Source of the DNA: Cenococcum geophilum
Taxonomy: Eukaryota
NCBI GenBank assembly: GCA_050273025.1
Contig: CP158635.1
Coordinates: 9,300,001-9,364,000 of the forward strand
Reading direction: 5' to 3'
Length of the DNA: 64,000 nucleotides
Notes under the pieces: model-generated
Told to the model about the DNA's origin: nothing
The model's database searches: none
What the model saw: the letters and a program-made list of their open reading frames with translations, nothing else
Position numbers and translations under genes: made by a program
Part shown: positions 1-11,644 of the stretch, in pieces
Layout of the letters: each line of letters opens with the position of its first letter
How positions within the stretch are numbered: position 1 is the stretch's first letter

Positions 1-240
1 TACCTACCTGCCTACCTGCCTACCTGCCTGCCTGCCTACCTACCTACCTACCTGCCTACCTACCTGTCTACCTACCTACCTACCTACCTGCCTACCTGCC
101 TACCTGCCTACCTGCCTACCTACTTACCTACCTACCTGTCTGTCCGTCCGTCTATACCTACCCATCTATGCCTACCTATCTATGCCTACCTGTCTATGCC
201 TACCTGTTTGTGCCTACCTGTTTGTGCCTACCTGTCTATA
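1..240. repeat. (TACC/TGCC)n tetranucleotide repeat grading into ~14-bp TATGCCTACCTGTC units
   Basis: Directly visible; runs off the left window edge. Confidence 0.9.
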
Positions 241-315
241 TCACCTTAATTCGATTAATCGATCGAATTGTTTATCGTGTTCGCTGGCTAGTCGTTCAAA
301 CGGTTGTCGTGTGGC

Positions 316-815
316 TCTAGCGACGGTTATATAGCAATAACGACGGTCATCTGGCTCTAACGGTCGTCTAGCTCTGGCGACGGTTATCTAGCTCTAACGA
401 CGGTCGTCTAGCTCTGACGGTCGTCTAGCTCTAGCGACGGTCATCTAGCTCTAACGACGGTCGTCTGGCTCTGACGGTTATCTAGCTCTGGCGACGGTCA
501 TCTGGCTCCGGCGACGGTCGTCCAGCTCTAACGACGGTCGTCTAGCTCTGACGACGGTCGTCTAGCTCTGACGACGGTCGTCTAGCTCTAGCGACGGTCA
601 TCTGGCTCTGGCGACGGTCGTCTAGCTCTAACGACGGTCATCTAGCTCCGGCGACGGTCGTCTAGCTCTGGCGACGGTCGTCTAGCTCTAACGACGGTTA
701 TCTGGCTCCGGCGACGGTCGTCTAGCTCTGACAACGGTCGTCTGGCTTTAACGGTCGTCTAGCTCTAGCGACGGTTATCTAGCTCCGGCAATAGTCGTCT
801 GGCTTCAGTAACGGT
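316..815. repeat. Minisatellite, ~20-bp unit CTAGCTCTRRCGACGGTCGT, about 25 copies
   Basis: Directly visible tandem units that vary by transitions and 1-2 bp indels. Confidence 0.92.
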
Positions 816-835
816 CGTTTACTAGCTGTCATTCT

Positions 836-946
836 GGTGTCTTCCTAGGTAGGATATAAAGAAGGGTAAAAAATAAGGTAGCTACCTAGGTATCTTCCTA
901 GGTAGGATATAAGGAAGGGTAAAAAATAAGGTGGCTACCTAGGTGT
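836..946. repeat. 53-bp tandem duplication
   Basis: GGTRTCTTCCTAGGTAGGATATAARGAAGGGTAAAAAATAAGGTRGCTACCTA at 836-888 and 889-941. Confidence 0.9.
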
Positions 947-1871
947 ATATAAGGGGTATACTTAGCAGAGGTACGTGTTGAGGCTATTGGGAATATAGCG
1001 GGGACCTAATAGTAGTATATCGCGCGCATACACAAAGGCTTTATGTAGAGCTTCGTATAAAGCCTCCGTACGCAGAGCTTCGCGCAGAGCCTTGTGTAGA
1101 GCTTTGTGTAGAGCTTCGTGCAGAGCCTCGTGCAGAGCCTTTATATGCAGAGCTTTGTGTAGAGCCTTATATAGAGCCTCGTGCAAAGCTTCGTGTAGAG
1201 CTTTGTGTAGAGCTTCGTATAGAGCTTCGTGCAAAGCTTCGTGTAGAGCTTTGTGTAGAGCTTCGTATAGAGCTTCGTGCAAAGCTTTATACAGAGCTTC
1301 GTACAGAGCTTTGTGTAAAGCCTTGTGCAGAGCTTCTATATATAGAGCTTTATATAGAGCCTCGTGTAGAGCCTTATGTAAAGCTTCGTGCAAAGCTTTG
1401 TGTAGAGCATTATGCAGAGCTTTGTATAGAGCTTCGTGTAGAGCTTTATGCAGAGCTTCGTGCAGAGCTTCGCGTAGAGCTTTATATAGAGCTTCGTGCA
1501 GAGCTTTATATAGAGCCTTATACAGAGCCTTAGTACGTAGAGCTTTGTATAGAGCCCGTAGAGCCTTATATAAAGCTTTATATAGAGCTTCGTGCAGAGC
1601 CTCGTGCAGAGCCTCTATATATAGAGCTTTATATAGAGCCTTGTGTAGAGCCTCGTGTAAAGCTTTGTATAGAGCTTCGTATAGAGCTTCGTGTAGAGCT
1701 TCGTGTAAAGCTTTATATAGAGCTTTGTGCAGAGCTTTGTATAGAGCTTTATATAGAGCCTCGTATAAAGCCTCGTGCAAAGCTTTATATAAAGCTTCGT
1801 ATAGAGCTTTATATAGAGCTTTATATAAAGCCTCTGTATATAGAGCTTTGTATAGAGCATCGTGCAAAGCT

Positions 1872-4800
1872 CAGTGATCTATTTGGATTGGATCCTTTTT
1901 GGCGTGGATGGTTGGAGCCGACTTGCATTGGCTGTGGATCTGCTGATTTTACTAGTGGCGCGGAGTGGATCTTAAGGCTTCGGAGCTCCAAGAGCGCCAG
2001 TAGTATATCCAATTAGAAGAAGGAGGCTATAGAGTAGGGCTCAAAAAGGTACCAAAGCGTGGTGTTAAGCCAATCAGTAGAGCCACGCAATGAATTAAAT
2101 TTCTAAAATACAAGCATCCTCCGTACAATCTAGGAAGCCTACTCATTTTAATTCCCTCCCTGCTTTCTTTCCTATATTCTTAATCACTTAGTGGTTTAAT
2201 TTTGCCTCTTAATTGCGATGAAGCGATTTTTTCCTATACGCGCAGCCGCGCCCACTAACAATATTATCCTCGTACCAAAATTAATCAACCCAGGAGCTAA
2301 CGAGTCTTAAGAATTCAATAAGTTTCGGCTATATAGCAAGCAGAATATACGGTATATATCGCTTACGAAGAGGCCAAAGAATATTAAGCAGCAAATATCA
2401 CTAATCTGGCGGTGGGGCGAGGATATCTTCTTAAGAGACTTAAATAGAAAGACGACGTACTTCTACTGCTGGCTTTATAAGAAGCAGAAGCGACACTAAG
2501 AGCTTATAGTGGTGTTAAAGGGGAGGTATATGGCTTTAGACCACCTTACAGAGGACTATAATATATATAGGACTACCAGCAAGCTCTAATAGAGGCGTCC
2601 TACTAATTCAAATCAGCTAACGATTAAGGAGTACCCTCTATAGTGGTCTCTTAAGATACATCGCAATTTTAAAGGCCTTAAACGGCTCTTAATTTGATAA
2701 ATTATATATTGCCATATTGCCTTCTTCCAATTTAAAAATAAGTATTTCCGACAACTTCTCTTCTTCTTATACCCAGGCCTTAAAAAGCTTCTTCTAAAGG
2801 CTGCAAATATAATTTAAGAATAGGTTATTGCAGCCTTAAAGCAACAGAAAAAGGAAGTAAAGAAGAACCTAAAGGAAGCTTAAAGCACAATATTAATATC
2901 CTTTAACCTTTAGACGTCGCCAAATGCGCATATAGTCCTTAGGGTAATTGCCCATTATATTAATAAGAGAGGAAGGCGTCGCTAAGTTATTTTAGGCTTA
3001 TAAGAAGTTATTAGTAAACATAGTGGAGAGAACTAAGCAGGCGTACTTATTGCTCTCTTTAAGGAGTATAAGATTAGTGGTAATATAGGATATTTTATAG
3101 CTGACAATATAGAGTTAAACAATACTTGTATTAATGCAGTTCTTTAAGCTCTTTATCCAAATATATTAGCAAAACAGCAAAAGGCACGGCGACTACGTTG
3201 CTTTAGCTATATTACTAACCTCTACGCCCAAGCCTTTATTATAGGAAAGAACTCTAAAAAGATTTATAAGCAGCTCTCTACTACGTATCGCGACATAGAT
3301 ATAGCAGCTATTAAGAAGCTCTAGCGCAAACGCAGAGTAGTTAAATTATTTTATAATATCGTCCGTTTTATTCGCCTAATACTTTAGCATTATAGCTTCT
3401 TTGCAAGGATTTAAATGGGAGGTTCGTTGGCTAAGTTTAATAGCCTAGAAGTAAGTAATAAGATCTTATATAGGCCTTTAGTATTAAGATTTAAGCTTAG
3501 ATTTTCCCTCTAACGTTATAAACAAGGGTTTTAATTAGCTTAGTTATGGATTTTCTATACGCCAATAGGGAAATGCGTAGAGAGTCTCTATGATCGCGAT
3601 ATTTAACTTACCTTAAGAATTAATACTAACGCTAATTAGCTTATATATAATAATCAAACGCGTTAGAATTCCCTTTTTATAGCTATTAGTCGCTTTTTAA
3701 ATTGCAAGCAACGTGTTAAATAATTCTATAACACGTATACACCCTCCTCCAGCTTAAAGCCTCTCTTAAAGGATAATATCCTTTAAGCCCACTACTAGAA
3801 GAAGCTTAAATATCTATATAATTACTTAGAGACCTTCTACAAGGCTACTATTATAGTAGAAGGGAATGCAACAAGTCTTATAAACCATTTTTAAACATTT
3901 AATTGGCTTCTAAATAAGCTTAATACTATAAAGCAGAAGTTCTTAAAAATTACAGCTAAGAAGTAAAAGCACTAGCAGCGCTACTAAAAGGCCCAAAGCT
4001 ATAGATATCTTACAGGCCGTGCGGAAGCTACTTAGGTAAAGTGCGAGAAGTATTACAAGAAGGCTAATAATACTATAGCGTACTATACAGCGATTGTATT
4101 AAATCCAACTCTTAAAATAAGGTGGTTTAAACAGTAATAGAAGGACTTAGCTAAGAAGCAGCGGTAAATCCTTATAGTTAAGGCTCTCGTTAAGGAGCTC
4201 TGGCTTAAATACAAAGGTAGATCTTTAGCCTCTCTCTTAAATTTGCCTTTTATATACTCTCTACTAAAGCCACTAAAGCTAGGCAAGACGTATACCTCTG
4301 CTTAAGCTTATAAATACCTTAAAGTCTCTTACTAGTCCTAAATAATTTAACCGCCCAAAAAGGATATCTTAAGAGCCTACCTTAAAACTAATTATAAGCT
4401 AGTTAATAAGAGCGAACACTTTAACGTTATATAATACTAGATAAATTAGCTTAAAAGCCAGCTAGATTTAGCTTGCTTTGCCCTTAATATTCTTACAGTA
4501 CCTTCTATATTGGACAAATGCGAGAGGCTCTTTAGTAGCTATAAGATTCTTCTTAAGGATCATCGCTCTTAATTATAGATGGATATAATTAAGGTAAATA
4601 AGTGTCTTCGGCACTCGTACGGGCCTCTAAAAAAGGGTATATTTAATAATTAAGAAGTTAGAGAGGTATAAGAAAAGCCTGCAGCTCCTATAATATCGCC
4701 TACATAAGCCTCTACGGCTGGTAAAGCTATAGAGGCTCTACCTTAATAACCTACTACTTCTAAGGATACCTAGGGCTCTAGCTTTAATGAGGAGTTTAAT

Positions 4801-5106
4801 GCAATTAAGGGCTTTAAGGTAGAGGCTAAGGGGGAGGCTATGTCCGACGGTAAGGTAGTAGTTATTAAGGACGATGATATTATAGAGGAAGGTAAGGAAT
4901 CTAATGAGCCCATTTAACGATGTTTTTTGGTACGTTTAAAGACCTCCTACCTCTCAAATACTACACCAAATTCGTGCTAAGACTTACTATAAATAGTATA
5001 TAATTACACTGGAGCTCCGTGGCGCTCCTGGCTTCAAATCGAATATTTGGTGGATGGAGTGGATCTGGCTTCAAATCCGCTCCACTCCGATCCAAATAGA
5101 TCACTG
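1872..5106 (+). mobile_element. hAT-superfamily DNA transposon, full length, RIP-inactivated
   Basis: TIRs CAGTGATCTATTTGGAT / ATCCAAATAGATCACTG; perfect 8-bp TSD GCAAAGCT (1864-1871, 5107-5114); internal transposase remnant. Confidence 0.95.
2218..4917 (+). pseudogene. hAT transposase pseudogene with probable intron 3451-3639
   Basis: ATG at 2218; BED-like LIWRWG...FYCWL; SFNL*TSPN (SFDLWTSPN); YFIADN; RRLRCFSYITNL; NNQTR*NS; C-terminal ALNILTVPS..DKCERLFS dimerisation motif; many TAA/TAG stops derived from CAA/CAG/TGG. Confidence 0.88.
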
Positions 5107-5372
5107 GCAAAGCTTTATGTAGAGCTTCGTGTAGAGCTTCGTGCAGAGCTTCGTATAGAACTTTATATAGAGCTTTGTGTAGAGCTTTATGCAGAGCTTT
5201 GTATAGAGCCTTATGCAGAGCCTTAGTACGTAAAGCTTTGTATAGAGCCTGTAGAGCTTTATATAGAGCTTCGTGTAAAGCTTTATGTAGAGCTTTGTGT
5301 AAAGCTTCGTGGAGAGCTTCGTGTAGAGCTTTTTGCAGAGCTTTATGTAAAGCCTTATACAGAGCCTCTAGC

Positions 5373-5610
5373 CACCAGGAAAAAAAATTTTGGGCACGTT
5401 ATTGCAAGCGAAAATCGGGGTCTACGTAAGTTGCAATTTTGGCAATTTGCTATAAACACATAGATAGGCCAGGCGCGTGTATAGGTAGCCTATGTGTTTA
5501 TAGTAAATTGCTGTAAATTGCCCGCAAATTACCAAAATTGCGACTTACGCAGGTTTTGCAGACCCCGATTTTCGCTTGCAATAACGGGGCCAAAAAATTT
5601 TTTCCTGATG
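5373..5610. mobile_element. Foldback/MITE-like palindromic element (~240 bp) with CAC...(G/A)TG termini
   Basis: CACCAGGAAAAAAAATTTTGGGCACGTTATTGCAAGCGAAAATCGGGGTCT pairs with AGACCCCGATTTTCGCTTGCAATAACGGGGCCAAAAAATTTTTTCCTGATG; inner arms also pair; no TSD found. Confidence 0.7.
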
Positions 5611-5654
5611 AAATATTAGATAATATTAGGACAAATAAGAAGCGAAGAACGTAC

Positions 5655-7200
5655 CTAAAAGTTGCGTTTAAAAAACTACCTAATATATTACTAGCGCGGA
5701 GCGCAATCTCTTTAGTAGCGTAATTAAGCATTATAGTAAGCGGAATAATGTCAATAAAGTTAACAATAAATATAGTAATACCGTTAATATAAAGATAATT
5801 AACTACGAAGCCGACGGGAACAGTAAGAAGAAGTATATTTATTTATAAGCTAAATAAGACGGCATAAACCTAATCCTTAGCAGGTATATTACGCTTTAAA
5901 GCTACTTTTAGCCTTTCCTTTTTAATTATTAGCTTAAGATATAAGGATCTTTATAGGCCTATACCGGCCTCTTTATTAGGTTATTTATTATTAGGCCTTA
6001 TTTAGGCTGCTTAATAGGCTTTTAAGAGTGTTACTAGATCTAAATATACTATTATAAGTATGGTTTTTAATTTTTCCTAAAAAAAGCATAATAGAGAAGG
6101 GCGATTTTATAGCCTAGAGGGTACCTATATATAGCAAAGACTAAGAAGTCCGATAGTACTTAGGCTAACACTAACGCCTTAAATCCACAATAATGTGTTT
6201 AGCTTTTTTTTTAGTTAATTTTATAAGTAAGGATCTAAAGTAAATTCCAGAATAGTTACTATAGAGGAGAGGAGGATTAACATTAATAACTAGATAGAAC
6301 GGCTAATAAAAAAAGAGAAGGTAGAGTATTCTGATAGATAAATAATAAGTAAAGAGTAAACCGACTACTTATAGAAATAAGGACGCAGTAGAATATATAA
6401 ATAAAGGTATAAGTCTATATGCCTAAGTACTAGCTGCTTAGTGTCTTAAATATAAGTCCTTCCTTAACGCAAGGCAGATTAATAGGAGTTATTATACCGC
6501 CTATATAAGGTAGAACGCTTATAAAGGGCTTAGCTAAAATGCTAATTAAACCACCCTATAACATACTAATAGCTCCTTTACTATAGATAGGGAGTAAATA
6601 TACAAGATTAACTAGCTAAGATAAGTCTATTACTTAAGCAGTGCCCTACTCCGTAAAGGGTGGGCGTTAGGAGTAGATTATATAATGCTATTCCTGCTAG
6701 GTAAGGCGTTATTAGGGGGTTATTATTGGCTTCTAGTTCTAGTTTATAATTTTATATAAACGCTTTTAAACCCTACACTATTAGGGCTGTCTAAAAGCTA
6801 AGTTACCTATTTACCTTATCTTAACCTTAGACCTAGCTCGTTACCTATTAAGGCGATAAAAAGTTGCATTAAGGCGTATAATAGGGCTTAAGTAAAGCCA
6901 TGTAACTAAATAGGCATTGCTATACAAAGTAACGCTTAACCGGCTACCTCTATATCGCCGTCTTAAAATAATTAGAAGAAATGGGTTAATGCTAGCCCTT
7001 ATTATTTAATGTAACCCTCCTATAGAGGTATAGCAAAGGTAGGTATAGACAGAAAGGATTATGCTTCTATTATGGCCGTATTATAGCGCATTTATAATAC
7101 TATACTAGTATCCCTAAGTTAGTAAATTGGCTTAACTTTTAAGGCATAGTTAAAGCGGAGTCCACCGTTAGCTCTCTTATTAGCTAGGTAGTAAAGAGGA
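5655..7200 (-). pseudogene. 5' part of a vacuolar Ca2+/H+ exchanger (CAX/VCX1-family) gene, RIP-mutated and truncated
   Basis: Minus strand 5900-5655 reads LFSL*INILLLTVPVGFVVNYL..GITIFIVNFIDIIPLTIMLNYATKEIALRASNILGSFLNATF, then a GTACGT donor. This matches the CAX pattern SSWINxLL..VP.G...F..NF.AIIPLA..L.YATEE.ALR.G..LGGLLNATFG. The upstream limit (~7200) is approximate. Confidence 0.8.
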
Positions 7201-7686
7201 GCAGGATATAAAAGGTCTTTATATCCTTTAACCAGACCTATATTAAGTATAGTATCCTTTAAGAAAATCCCTCCTTACTTTCTTATAAAGATACTTAAAC
7301 TATTAGCTGCCTTATCTCTTTAATAATAAGCCACTTAGACGCTATAATAGAGGATACTATATTATATTAGGCCGAGGTGCGCTTTAAACATTAAATTATT
7401 TACGGGATACCGCTAACGGAGCTAGGATATACCGTATACTTCCTATTCTAAGGGCTCCAATAAGGCCGTTAATATAGTAGGGTAGGTATACAATAGTTAC
7501 TTCTTCGTAGTTTTATTCGTTTGCTAGCTTACTAATATAAGTAGAATATCTAGTTAGTATTAGAACGTAAGAGCGATTTAGAGAATAATAAGGCTAATAC
7601 GAAAGGAACTATAAGGAAATACTTACTCCGCACTAATAAGATAAAGAAGTCATCTTAATATAATCCGTTTAGTAACTCCTTTTAAT

Positions 7687-8109
7687 TATTACGGACGCTT
7701 TAAGTACGATGTTACGACTACTAGGAGAGGAGTTAGAAGAAGCTAGTTGGTTAATTTAGGCACGGTTTAGGGTAGAGCCAATAGAACTATATAATAAGGA
7801 ATAGTAACTAAGGTTACATAACGTGCTACGTATTAAATAGAAGGAACGAGAGGAATTTACGTACCTTATATATAAGACGTATATTACGTATAAGAAGGAT
7901 TTTATAGAAGTATGGTTATGTATTTAAAGACCTTTAATCCCTACCTAGATAGTTCCTTTCTTGTAGTAATTCTTAGAATATAATTAGAGTTAATTTATTA
8001 GGCAACTACTCTACCAGTTATTATTACGTTATTAATTTTAATTTATATTACCTATATGCCTAGCCTAATAATAAGCCTATCATAGTTCCTATTATAAGGT
8101 TCCGTTACA
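7687..8109 (+). repeat. 5' LTR of Gypsy A
   Basis: T(A/G)TTACGGACG...GTTACA, direct repeat of 20374-20797. Confidence 0.9.
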
Positions 8110-11100
8110 CAATTACTACCTAGTTATGGTATTAAATATAGAAAGTTAAATAATATACTACTAAAAGCAGCTACCATAACGCTATTAACGGCGGCAACTA
8201 CTTTGGGGTTAGAAGGAGACACTAGTATAGCGGATACTAACTTATAGCAACTAGTAACGGTTAGATAACTACAAAAGATAATTAACCAGTTAACAACTAA
8301 TAGTATAGTGCTAGAAGAAAGGGTTAATAGAATAGGAGCAGCGAAAATTAAGTTACTATTAATTAAAAGGTACTTAGGAGAAAGATTAAAGCTTAAGGGA
8401 TTTCTTACGTAAATATACTTTAAGGTTACGTAAAAAGGAGTAAAGCTACTAATACCTATAAATCGAATAGCCTATATAGGACTATTCCTATCGGGAAGGG
8501 CACTTAAGTAGTTTAAGCCTTACCTAACGGAAATATAAGCTAATGGAATAACGACCACCAATTAGGAGGTGCGGTTTATATTCTTAAGCTAAAAAGGGTT
8601 TGTAGAGCAACTTATATAAATATTTAGAGACCTAAAGGCAATAATTACAGCAGAAAGGAAACTCTAAGATATTACGCAGTAAACCTTAGCAATTAAGTAT
8701 ACAATATAGTTCTAAACGTTAGCTATATAAGTTAAGTGGAATAATAAGGCGCTTCTAGCACAATATAGGTAAGGACTTAAGACTAAAGTCTAAAATATAA
8801 TTATTCTAATAGAAGATGCGGATACCCTAAGGGAACTAATAGATTAAGTAATTAAGATTAATAATTAGATCTACTAAAGGGAACAGGCCAAGAGAGGTTA
8901 AAATAGAGTTTTATAGTTATATAAGACGCAGAGTACGTAATAACTAAAGCTAAGTTAAAAACTATAGTATGGCGTAGAGCTAATAGACCTAAGCGGTACT
9001 AAAGAAGCCTATAAAAGATAGAGTAAGAAACTATAAAAACCTAGAGGTTAAGGATCTAGTAATTATAGGACTAAGGAATAGAGGCTAAACTAGGGATCTT
9101 AGTAGTAGAAGACGTTTAGGCGGACTCTATAGTAAAGTTAATAGTTTAAAGACGGAGCTTATATAAATTATAGAAAATAAGGTTACTTTATAAGGGATTA
9201 TAAAGATAGTTAAAGTTATTATATAATAAAGGGAACCTAACTAATAGTAGAAGACATATATATATAGAGGGATAATAGTATACTATAAGGAACAAAAGAA
9301 TATTTAATTAGAAGTTTTGCGTTTTACTATAATAACGCATACCGAATTTATAAAGACGCTAAGTATAGCGTAAGCTATTAGCTATAAAAGCTAAACCCTA
9401 TAGTATATAGAGGAACTAATAAACTAGTTTATAAATCGGATATTAAGGACAATAAATTTAATATAGGCGAAATATTTTATAACAATAAGGTAATAAAAGT
9501 AGCTTACTAAGAGCATGCAAACCTTAGAGATATTATACTAAAGGTAAAGGATAATTCCACTATAGAATAGGGAATATTAATAGGGATTAAAACCCCACTA
9601 AATATAATATCTATCGCTTTATAAGACGTAAGAGAAGTAGGACAGCAAACTACTTCGGCACTTAATAAAGGTAAAAGGCCAAAGGCTTAAGATTCTTAAG
9701 AAGAGATAAGAAATAACTAAGATTCTTAAGATAAGATAAGGTATACCTAAGGACCTATAATAGACAAAAACCAATAAAGTAGGGTAGTAGCTTAGTTTAA
9801 AGATATACGAATAAGCTTAGGATAAAGTTTCCTATAGGTATAAGACTCTTAAGATAAAATAAGTAAGATTTAAGACTTTTAAGATAAGATAAGAACACCT
9901 AAGCCTAGTTAAACTAAGGCAGGAGCTAAGCTTAAGTTAGAAGCAAGCTTAGGATTAAAAATCCTATAGAACCAAGATTTTAAAATATAAATAAGGACTA
10001 TTAATAAGATTAAAAAGTAAGAAGACTTTAAGGATCTACTTATAAGACGCGAAAAGAAAGAAACTATAGAGGAATTTAGAGTAAGAATTACCTTATAGCA
10101 AGAATAGAAACTAGATAAGAGATTTAGCATATTAGGACATATATAAGATAGAGCACTAGTATAAAGGATTACTAATAGGCCTAGAGCAGGCATACTAAGA
10201 GCTAAGTGGCTTACTAAACTAGAATAAGAAGAGGATTTAGGGATTCTAACTAGGTTTAAAGAATAATATATAAAGGGCTATTATAATACAGTAATAAGAA
10301 AATACTTCCTTATGGACAAGCCGTATATACTTAAAGGGTTATACTAAAAGTAGTATAGACAGCGATATAATAGCAAGTGGGAAGATTTCTATATATAGTT
10401 AGATAAAAAAGTTGTCTAAGACCACCTAATTATAGAAAAGGCTATAACTTATATTAAAGGAGCCTTAATTATAACGTTAAAGGATTTAGAGGAGTAATTA
10501 GAGGACTAAAGAAGTAAGAGGCAAATCTTAGTACCTATAAATAAAGTTATAACGCTTAGATTAATATAAGAAAGGTTTAAACTTAAGGATAAAAACGAGC
10601 TAAGAGTTAATCTAAAATACTAAATATATTATATATTAGTATAGATTACGTGCGTAAATAATATGTATAATATATATAGAGTACCTAAAGATAAAAACTA
10701 AAAGTATCTAAAAAGAATATATTAAATAACGGATAAGGCAAAATATAGAAATACTAAGTATATATATAGTTAGCACCTAGTAAAAGTATAAAGCTAAGGG
10801 GACTTAATACTTTAACTAGGAAGATTCCTTATAGAAAAATACCTAGATAGATAATAGTGGTGGGAATGCTTAGAGAATATATATCTATAGTATATTAAGG
10901 ATAAAAAGCAAACTAAGTATTAGCTAAAAGTAGACTAAATATAAATAGGATTAAGCAGCTAATAGTTAGGAAAAGTAGAGACCTATAAAACTAGAGGGAA
11001 CTAGTAGTAAAGCCTTAAACCCTTAAAGGAATTTAAGAATAATACCTAAATTTATAAGTTAAGTGGCAAGATTAATAGTTTAAAGCATTAATAGATAGTA

Positions 11101-11644
11101 AAGCAATAAGGAACTATATATTACTAGCAGCAGTTAAAAGAATAGGGTTACTATATAGGAAAAAGGAGTATCTTTACCTATTAGTAATAATTTTAGGAGA
11201 TCCGATAGCCTATAGAGGAGGTATTATTAACCTTAAAATAGGACCTATTTAGTTAACTATTAAAAGGAGATAGATTAAGATGTCTTTTAATATATTACTA
11301 TTAGGGAATAATAAGGCAGTACTAGGAATGCCTTAGTTATAGAAATATAATCTAAAAATTAATTAGGTTAGGTTAAGTTAATATTAAAGATACTTAACGC
11401 CGTAAGATATAATAATAAGCTAAGTTAGTATAGTACTAAGTTGGAGCAATATATAAAGAGACTAAGTAAGGCTTAAGTTATATACTAAAAAGATACCATA
11501 AGTATAGCAAGAAACTATAATGACTAGAAAGTAAAAAGCTATTAAAGTATATAGTATAGAACTATAAGATAGAATTAAAACTAAAAATAAGTCTAAGGTT
11601 CTTTCTAATCTATAAACTTACTAAAGAAGAAGGTAGAGCATTAA

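Larger units (their letters stand above)
1033..5367. repeat. 12-bp minisatellite (consensus GCAGAGCTTCGT), split by the hAT insertion into 1033-1871 and 5107-5367
   Basis: Tandem units continue in register on both sides of the hAT element. Confidence 0.92.

Noticed and set aside
1..240. Telomeric repeat
   Set aside because: The unit is TACC/TGCC, not CCCTAA, and it is heterogeneous.
316..815. CRISPR-like array
   Set aside because: Units abut with no unique spacers, there are no cas genes, and the context is eukaryotic.
962..1877. Long ORFs on both strands ((E/K)AL(H/Y))n and (RA(L/S)(C/Y))n
   Set aside because: These are by-products of a 12-bp unit that lacks stops in these frames; residue variation follows RIP transitions, not protein constraint.
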